A DNA stretch of 63,976 bases, the filler included, from Nanobdellota archaeon (GTDB lineage Archaea > Nanobdellota > Nanobdellia > B33-G15): the NCBI GenBank assembly GCA_003660925.1. It is 6 parts of 6 records of this genome, joined end to end, with 100 filler letters (N's around TTAATTAATTAA, not from the genome) between each part and the next. Parts side by side here need not be neighbours in the genome. Positions count along the whole stretch, not along the records: positions 57,722 to 63,976 come from QMVD01000041.1; 5 more parts are not named here. One strand, given 5' to 3'. Below the pieces are notes generated by a model. It had not been told where the DNA came from and ran no database searches. It saw only the letters and a program-made list of their open reading frames with translations. Positions 57,722-63,976 of this stretch are shown piece by piece (the stretch's first letter is position 1; each line of letters begins with the position of its first letter). Position numbers and translations under genes: made by a program.

Positions 57722-58216
57722 CCAAGCTATTTGCTCCCTTATCTGGTTCGCCCTCTCCTCGTTCAATATCTTCAGGTAATCATCCGGCTTCCATTCTTCC
57801 GGAACGGGGACTTGGGTAATGGAGTCCGTGGAGCGATCGTAAACGTACAGCATGCCGTCCAATCTTGGTAGGATTTGGGTGGGATGGATGGTTATGAGCT
57901 TGATCCCTGTCTCCTTGGCGTGTTTCAATCCGACCTCTATCCCCCTCAAGGCTCTCCTGTTCAACCTATCGCTGGGATAGGCGAGCTCGTAGTCCTCTAT
58001 GGGAGGGACGTGCCAAGTGAGCTCTACTTTGTTGGCCTTCGCTAGGTGCTTTATGGCCTCCACTCCGGTCTTCCCAACCCTTCCCATCTCCCCTTGGAGC
58101 TCCACCACAGGGGCGCCCCAACTTATGGCTTGTTCCAATCCTATGGGCGTCGGCGTTCGCAGGTCTGCCGCTACCCCTAACCTGTACGAGCCGAACCCTA
58201 TCCTCTCATCTTTCAT
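57722..58216 (-). CDS. Xylose-isomerase-like/AP-endonuclease-2 TIM-barrel protein, N-terminal part (truncated)
   Basis: VEL, LTWHVP and ITIHP motifs followed by a helical insertion. Confidence 0.65.
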
Positions 58217-58745
58217 GCGGTGGCCTCCTTTCGTACTCCCTTATCTTTTTAATCACATCCTCATCGCTTATTAGCTTTTCCTCCCAGAATCCTCTCCACC
58301 TCTCCCCGAACTCCTCCCTTTCCATTCTTATCTCCTCCCTGATCTCTGGCTCCCTCCACGTCTCCTCCGATGGTTTCCATTCCATCCTCACTTCCGGCTT
58401 CCTCATGTATTCCTCATCGATGGGCGGGGCCTCCCCGTAATCCAAAATCCTCATCCCCTCCACTTCTACCCTCTCCTCACCCTCAGACACCCTGGTCTCC
58501 AATCCCTCTCTCGTCTCCTCCGGCCTCTCGATGAGCATGGGTAACGCTTCTAAGGGCCTCTCTTCTGGGACAGGGATGGGCTCCACAGGCCTCTTTTCGG
58601 GTTCCTCCCTTAGCTTTCCCAGCTCCTCTGCCAACTCTGGGTGTTGGAGGATCATCATCTCCAAGAAAGCTTCCCTTTCCCATTTATCCTCGAACTTCTC
58701 GAGTTCCTTCAAGATTTCCTTCAAAATTCCCTTTCCACCGGCCAT
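58206..58745 (-). CDS. Low-complexity E/R/P-rich hypothetical protein
   Basis: 179-aa ORF overlapping both neighbours. Confidence 0.6.
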   Translation of the reverse strand: MAGGKGILKEILKELEKFEDKWEREAFLEMMILQHPELAEELGKLREEPEKRPVEPIPVPEERPLEALPMLIERPEETREGLETRVSEGEERVEVEGMRILDYGEAPPIDEEYMRKPEVRMEWKPSEETWREPEIREEIRMEREEFGERWRGFWEEKLISDEDVIKKIREYERRPPHER

Positions 58746-59971
58746 GAGAGCATGCGGAAGGCCTTTTTTGTCACATCATATATGCTCCACGCATCTTCCA
58801 ACGCCTTCTTCTTAGCTGCCTCTATCTCTTTCTCCGCGTAGAACCCGGCGAAGAGAGGCTTCCTCGCCTTCTTCTCCCCCTTGAAGTAGTTCTCCTTTAT
58901 GCTCTTGATTATCTCTCCTACGAATGTCTTGGGTTCCTCCTTTTCCTCCTTCTTCTCCTCTTTTTTCCCGAACTCGTACTGAAGCATGAGGTTCTGAACC
59001 CATTTTTCTATGGGGTCCTTCTTCCATTCCTCCATCTTCTTTTCCAACTCCTTCCTGATGTAGAGGACAGGGACGAAGTCGACATAGGTCTTGGTCATGG
59101 CCCGTGGTGATGTCCCTCTCAGGGTGAAGGTTATCTCCACGCCTGGGATGAAATCCCCGTACTTCTTATCGTCCCTGTAAGCGAGTACCTTCACTTGGGA
59201 ATAAACGCTGCTCCCTATCTTGATCAAATTCGGGTCGAAGAGCTCCTGCTTTTGAGCTAGAGCCTCAACATCTCTTATGATGGGAGCTACCCACTTTTTA
59301 TACAACTCCACGGTCCCTTTGGTCGCCTTTATCCTCTCCTCTAGGATTTCCTTCATCTCCTCCAAGGATTTCTTCCACTCCTTCTTCCAGGCGAGGTACT
59401 CCCTCAACTTCCTCTTCAAGTAATTCTTTATCCTGTCGTTTATAGGGGCCTTATCTATCTCCTCCTCAGAATTCAGCCTGAAGAACCAATCCCTTACGGA
59501 GTAGAACTGGAGGTTCTTGGCGGTCTGAACCAGGGAAGCGGGACCGCTCTTCACGTCCACGTAATCCGCCCATATACCTTTCAAAACGAGGTCAGGTGGG
59601 ACCCTTTTGTCCTTCTCGTAATATTCCAACGCCTCTTTAACCCTTTGATAGTCCTTTTTCATCCCCACGAGGCTTTTTATCACAGCCCCTATCTGTTGGA
59701 GGAGGGAAGTGGCGTCTGTGATGGAGTAGTGGAGCTTGGTCTGCTGAGAAGCCCATTCCGGGCTCCTGTAGCTGAAGGAATACCAATCGTATATCTTGAT
59801 GACTTTCATTTCCCTCTGATCCTTAGCGAAGTCAAGGATGAAGTAGTAGAAGGGCTCCAGAGCAGCCCCGGAGTCATATATCAACTCCCACTTCTTCCCG
59901 AGATTTGCCCTTCCATCCTCGAACTTCAATCCTCCTATGTAGACAGTCTTCACCTTCTCCTTCTCGGGCAT
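58721..59971 (-). CDS. Hypothetical helical protein
   Basis: 416-aa ORF with host-like codon usage; no family recognised. Confidence 0.75.
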   Translation of the reverse strand: MPEKEKVKTVYIGGLKFEDGRANLGKKWELIYDSGAALEPFYYFILDFAKDQREMKVIKIYDWYSFSYRSPEWASQQTKLHYSITDATSLLQQIGAVIKSLVGMKKDYQRVKEALEYYEKDKRVPPDLVLKGIWADYVDVKSGPASLVQTAKNLQFYSVRDWFFRLNSEEEIDKAPINDRIKNYLKRKLREYLAWKKEWKKSLEEMKEILEERIKATKGTVELYKKWVAPIIRDVEALAQKQELFDPNLIKIGSSVYSQVKVLAYRDDKKYGDFIPGVEITFTLRGTSPRAMTKTYVDFVPVLYIRKELEKKMEEWKKDPIEKWVQNLMLQYEFGKKEEKKEEKEEPKTFVGEIIKSIKENYFKGEKKARKPLFAGFYAEKEIEAAKKKALEDAWSIYDVTKKAFRMLSWPVEREF

Positions 59972-60055
59972 CGATTAAAAATACCCCTTGCTCGTTTAAA
60001 ACGTTTTTCAAAAGAAATTTAAAAAGGGAATCCTAAGAGAAATTAGGTGATTTGA

Positions 60056-60436
60056 ATGGGGATTTTCGACAAGATCTTCAAGCGCAAGGAAGAGGAGCTC
60101 CCTGAATTTGGTCCGGCGGATGTTGGGGACCTAGGCTTGCCCCCAGCACCAGGGACACCTGCGCCTCCGACACCAACCGCCCCGACCCCACCGACCCCTA
60201 CAGCGCCCACTCCTCCAACTCCACCAACCCCAGCACCTCCAGCCACACCACCAACTCCAGAGCCTCCTAGGCTCCCTCCACCCGAGCCCATATTCCCCCC
60301 TCCGACTCCACCAAAGGCACCGACACCACAGATACCAGGAGACGTCTCTAAGCGTCTAGAGGACCTAGAGAAGAGGCTCAAGGCATTGGAAGATAGGGTC
60401 ACTTACTTGGAAAGGGCAATGTATGGCCAGCGGTGA
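60056..60436 (+). CDS. Pro/Thr-rich protein with an N-terminal amphipathic helix and C-terminal coiled coil
   Basis: MGIFDKIFKRK; PTPTA/PTPP repeats; RLEDLEKRLKALEDRVTYLE; GGTGA SD upstream. Confidence 0.8.
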   Translation: MGIFDKIFKRKEEELPEFGPADVGDLGLPPAPGTPAPPTPTAPTPPTPTAPTPPTPPTPAPPATPPTPEPPRLPPPEPIFPPPTPPKAPTPQIPGDVSKRLEDLEKRLKALEDRVTYLERAMYGQR

Positions 60437-61193
60437 CTTCGTTTACCATTATTTCATTGAGCCCATAGAGACGGGCTCCGGATATAACTTAGTGAACACG
60501 ACGGCCTACGCCTTCCTCTTATTATTCTTCCTTTACTTGATATTCAAGGTCTCGAGGAAGCTGGGACTCTCTTGGGACCTAAAAGCAGTGGTCGCCTTCT
60601 CGCCCTTCATAGCCCTGACCTCCTTCTCCAGGGTCCTGACCGATGCCGGAATTTATGAGAGGAGTTTCTGGACCGTCACCCCAGGGATAGAGTTCCTCAT
60701 CCTCCTCCCGTCCATCTTTCTCGTCTTCTCGTTGTACTACCTCCTCAAGGAAAATTACTGGAAATACGCGCTCGTCATCGGGACCGTGGGCTGCGTCATT
60801 CAACTACTGCCCCTGAGGCCCGTCAATTTCAACAGCCTCTTCTTAGTGATCTCTTACTTTTTACTCTCATCCCTTCCCCTCCTCTTCCTCTCCTCCAAGC
60901 TCAAGGTCAAAGGCTTGGACCTCTCCGTGCTCTTGATCCATTTTTTCGATGCGAGCGCCACTTCGGTCGCCCTGAGGTATTTTAACTATTTCGAGCAACA
61001 CGTCTTCCCGAGATTCATCATCTCCTTTACCTTTCCCGAGATCATGTTCCCCTTGAAGCTCGCGGTGGTCGGGACCATCTTGTACCTCTTGAAAGGGGAA
61101 GACGAACAGACGAGGTTCCTCAAGTTGGTGGTATTCGCCCTTGGACTCGGGCCCGGGCTGAGGGACACCTTGCGATTGTTGTGTGGCGTCTAG
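60423..61193 (+). CDS. DUF63 family membrane protein
   Basis: GYNLVNT, HFFDASAT, YFEQHV and LGLGPGLRD motifs. Confidence 0.88.
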   Translation: MASGDFVYHYFIEPIETGSGYNLVNTTAYAFLLLFFLYLIFKVSRKLGLSWDLKAVVAFSPFIALTSFSRVLTDAGIYERSFWTVTPGIEFLILLPSIFLVFSLYYLLKENYWKYALVIGTVGCVIQLLPLRPVNFNSLFLVISYFLLSSLPLLFLSSKLKVKGLDLSVLLIHFFDASATSVALRYFNYFEQHVFPRFIISFTFPEIMFPLKLAVVGTILYLLKGEDEQTRFLKLVVFALGLGPGLRDTLRLLCGV

Positions 61194-62893
61194 ATGTAGT
61201 ACTTCCCGGCTTTCTTCTGCTCTCTATCCTTGACCGAGCCAGGCTTGTTCACCCTCGGCCTCCCCGTCTCTTCGTCCCTCCTGAAGGTTATGTCCAGACC
61301 TTTCAAGAACTCGTTCATCCCTTCCCTCACGTCCATAGGACCCTTCGTTTCCCCCCTTCTACCTGGCTTTCCCAGGAAGAGAAGGAGCCTGTCGCTCAAG
61401 TAATCCAGGAACATGATGTCATGATCTATGATGATGGCAGCCCTTCCCTTTTCCTCCATCCTTTTCTTTATGGACTTCGCCACCTTTATCCTCTCCTCAA
61501 CGTCCAGGTGAGCGCTCGGCTCGTCGAACAGGTAAAGGTCCGCCTCCTTCTCCAAGGTCGCCGCTATGGCCACCCTCTGTAACTCTCCTCCCGAGAGCTC
61601 AGTTAGCTTGGAATCTAAGAGGAACCCTATGTCGAGCTCGGACAACAATTTTTTGTTTCTCACCACCTCCTTCACCTTCCTTTCATCAACCTCTAAATAT
61701 TGGGGTTTATATGCCACCTTCAGATCCAGTTCTAACTCTCCCTCATCCGGTTTGAGGACACCTGCCAACAACTTCGCGAAGGTGGTCTTCCCTATCCCAT
61801 TCGGCCCAGCACACCCTATCAACTCCCCTATTTTTATCTCCCCTTCCCTCACCCGAAGCTCGAAATCTCCCAACCTCTTCTTTAACTCTCCCCACCTGAA
61901 GAGCCCTTCCCCTTTGGATATCCTGTCCCTCCTCGACTTGAGGAACTCCAGGGGGTAATCCCTGAACCTCACGTTCTCCCTCTTCAGTTCTCCTAAGATG
62001 AAAGCATTTATGCCCTCCCTCGTCGAGAGGGGAAGGGATACTATTCCATAAGCCCCGGGCTTTCCGTAGATCACGTGCACGAGATCTGTGAGGTAGTCCA
62101 GTAAGATGAGGTCATGTTCTACTATCACCAACAACTTGCCTTGGGTGTACTTCCTTATCACCCTCCCGACCTCCAACCTCTGCTTCACGTCTAAGTAGCT
62201 AGAGGGCTCGTCGAATAAGTATAAATCCGCTTCCTTTCCTAGGGTGGCAGCGATGGCTACTTTCTGTAATTCCCCACCCGATAGTTCGCTTAACTTCCTG
62301 TTGATCTTCAACCCTAACTCCCTCACCAACTCGTCCATGATCCCCCTCTCATCCACCTTCTCCAGCAACTTTCCCGCGACCTCATCGTAGAGCTTCGGTA
62401 ACTTATCCACGTGTTGCGGCTTTTTGGCAGTCCTTATCCTTCCCTCGTACAACTCCTCGAAGAAGGCCTGGTTCTCCGTCCCAGCGAAATGCTTAATGAT
62501 CTCCCTTTCACTTGCCTCCTTCTTCCCAAGGTTCGGCCTCAACTCTCCGGAGAGTATGGAGAGGATGGTGGACTTTCCCATCCCGTTCCTCCCGAGGATG
62601 CCTATGCTCATTCCTCTCTTCATGAGGGGGAGCTTGAACACGCGGAACCCGTTCTCACCATACTTGTGGATGGGGTTTCCCAACTCCTCTGGGAGGTTCA
62701 CCACTGTTATGGCTTTGAAGGGACATTTATGAACGCAGATCCCACATCCTATGCAGGTATCCTCATCTATCCTCGCTTTCTGTTCCACTTTCACGGTTTC
62801 CACTCCAGCCCTGTTCTTCGGGCAGAACCTCATGCACTCTAAGTTGCACTTCTTCGGATTACACCTCTTGTCATCCACGACCGCTATGCGCAT
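61190..62893 (-). CDS. rli: ABCE1/RLI ribosome recycling factor
   Basis: N-terminal Fe-S cysteines, two LSGGELQ ABC domains, ITFRRD..GRPRVNK. Confidence 0.97.
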   Translation of the reverse strand: MRIAVVDDKRCNPKKCNLECMRFCPKNRAGVETVKVEQKARIDEDTCIGCGICVHKCPFKAITVVNLPEELGNPIHKYGENGFRVFKLPLMKRGMSIGILGRNGMGKSTILSILSGELRPNLGKKEASEREIIKHFAGTENQAFFEELYEGRIRTAKKPQHVDKLPKLYDEVAGKLLEKVDERGIMDELVRELGLKINRKLSELSGGELQKVAIAATLGKEADLYLFDEPSSYLDVKQRLEVGRVIRKYTQGKLLVIVEHDLILLDYLTDLVHVIYGKPGAYGIVSLPLSTREGINAFILGELKRENVRFRDYPLEFLKSRRDRISKGEGLFRWGELKKRLGDFELRVREGEIKIGELIGCAGPNGIGKTTFAKLLAGVLKPDEGELELDLKVAYKPQYLEVDERKVKEVVRNKKLLSELDIGFLLDSKLTELSGGELQRVAIAATLEKEADLYLFDEPSAHLDVEERIKVAKSIKKRMEEKGRAAIIIDHDIMFLDYLSDRLLLFLGKPGRRGETKGPMDVREGMNEFLKGLDITFRRDEETGRPRVNKPGSVKDREQKKAGKYYI

Positions 62894-62977
62894 GAGCTTT
62901 TAACCCCTCCTGTTTTTAAATTTCTTGACTAAGACCTCAAAAAGCTAAAAAATATGAAAGAATCTTAATAAAGCAAA

Positions 62978-63352
62978 ATGGTGTTGGACGAGGAAACCAT
63001 AAAGACATTGGACGAGCGAATCAAGGACATAATTGTATCATTGAATGAACTTCCCTTCTGCGAGACTGTCTCTTCCTGTAGTGGGCACCCGAGCACAGAC
63101 CCAGCAGCAACACCTTATGTGGATATAGTGTATCACGACCCGAAAGAAGCAAAGAGATTTCATAAGGCCTTGCTTAAGAAAGTGCCATACCTTGATTTTA
63201 GGGTCCTCAGGGGTCCTCGCGGGGAGAGTGTCCATTACATAATGGATGCGGAGCATACTGAGGAAAAGATGGAGAAGTTCTGGAACGGGTGGAGAGAAGT
63301 GTTGAAGGAATACAGACGAATCGGTAAACTCAAGCGATCTAACAGACCATAA
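62978..63352 (+). CDS. Hypothetical protein with a TYW3-like D..I / T.SSCSG motif
   Basis: LDERIKDIIVSLN..ETVSSCSGH. Confidence 0.55.
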   Translation: MVLDEETIKTLDERIKDIIVSLNELPFCETVSSCSGHPSTDPAATPYVDIVYHDPKEAKRFHKALLKKVPYLDFRVLRGPRGESVHYIMDAEHTEEKMEKFWNGWREVLKEYRRIGKLKRSNRP

Positions 63353-63382
63353 TTTCTTAAAAATCCCTTTTCCTTTATCCTC

Positions 63383-63976
63383 ATGCTCGTAGGGATCGTC
63401 GGGAAGCCCAACGTGGGAAAGAGCACGTTCTTCAAGGCGTTGACCCTGGCGGATGTGGCCATAGCCCCCCACCCTTTCACCACCATAAAACCAAATAGGG
63501 GAGTAGGTTATGAGAGGGTTCCTTGCCCCTGTAAGGACTTCGGCGTGAAGTGTGACCCTCAAAATTCTTTTTGTTTGGATGGGAACCGTTTTGCTCCCGT
63601 TGAACTTTTAGATGTGGCGGGTTTGGTCCCTGGTGCTCACGAGGGAAGGGGGTTGGGGAACAAGTTCCTGGACGACCTGAGGCAGGCAGACGCGTTAATT
63701 CACTTGGTGGACCTCTCGGGGACCACGGACGCGGAAGGGAACCCTACTCAAGGATATGACCCCTCCGAGGAAATCAAGTTCTTGGAAGAGGAAATCGACC
63801 ACTGGTTCTTTGGGATCCTGAAGAAGAACAAGGATTCGGTCATGAGGAGGGTAACCTTGACGAAGGGAGACATCATAGCAGAGTTAGCACAATCCTTATC
63901 GGGGTTGGGGGTGAAGCGGGAACACATCATGGGGGCCCTCAGGAGTTTAAGGATGGAGAAAGAGGACCTCCTCAAG
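63383..63976 (+). CDS. ychF: YchF/Obg-family NTPase (runs off the window; absent from the ORF track)
   Basis: Manual translation MLVGIVGKPNVGKSTFF..HPFTTI..DVAGLVPGAHEGRGLGNKFLDDL. Confidence 0.93.
   Translation, partial: MLVGIVGKPNVGKSTFFKALTLADVAIAPHPFTTIKPNRGVGYERVPCPCKDFGVKCDPQNSFCLDGNRFAPVELLDVAGLVPGAHEGRGLGNKFLDDLRQADALIHLVDLSGTTDAEGNPTQGYDPSEEIKFLEEEIDHWFFGILKKNKDSVMRRVTLTKGDIIAELAQSLSGLGVKREHIMGALRSLRMEKEDLLK

Noticed and set aside
60140..60330. C-rich repeats as a possible CRISPR array or VNTR
   Set aside because: Degenerate codons of a Pro/Thr-rich protein; no constant repeat-spacer structure. No CRISPR array was seen anywhere in the window

Overview
Archaeal genomic DNA, most likely a small-genome DPANN-type thermophile (Aenigmarchaeota-like is a guess). 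The assignment rests on a divergent GC-rich 16S, unlinked rRNA genes, compact TATA-driven and mostly leaderless genes, and GAPOR. The window is six contigs joined by artificial 100-nt linkers (N44-TTAATTAATTAA-N44), so gene order across linkers has no meaning. It holds a full 16S rRNA, the 5' end of 23S, five tRNAs (Leu, His, Ala, intron-containing Cys, Ser) and many housekeeping genes (pyrG, thermosome, fibrillarin/Nop5, rpoL, TFS, PCNA, primase fragment, radA, cysS, alba, ABCE1, ychF). It also holds tandem type IV pilins, an HMG-CoA synthase-DUF35 fusion, a Ku + LigD-type NHEJ pair and a glycogen/GAPOR cluster. The most striking signal is a 62-nt intron in the helix-43 loop of the 16S gene (5819-5880). 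It has a canonical bulge-helix-bulge splice motif and is laid out like a complete box C/D guide sRNA, with one guide complementary to helix 34 of its own host 16S. The tRNA-Cys intron similarly carries a D'/C'-like motif with a guide positioned to methylate C39 of its own pre-tRNA. Protein calls come from motif recognition by eye; no searches were run.
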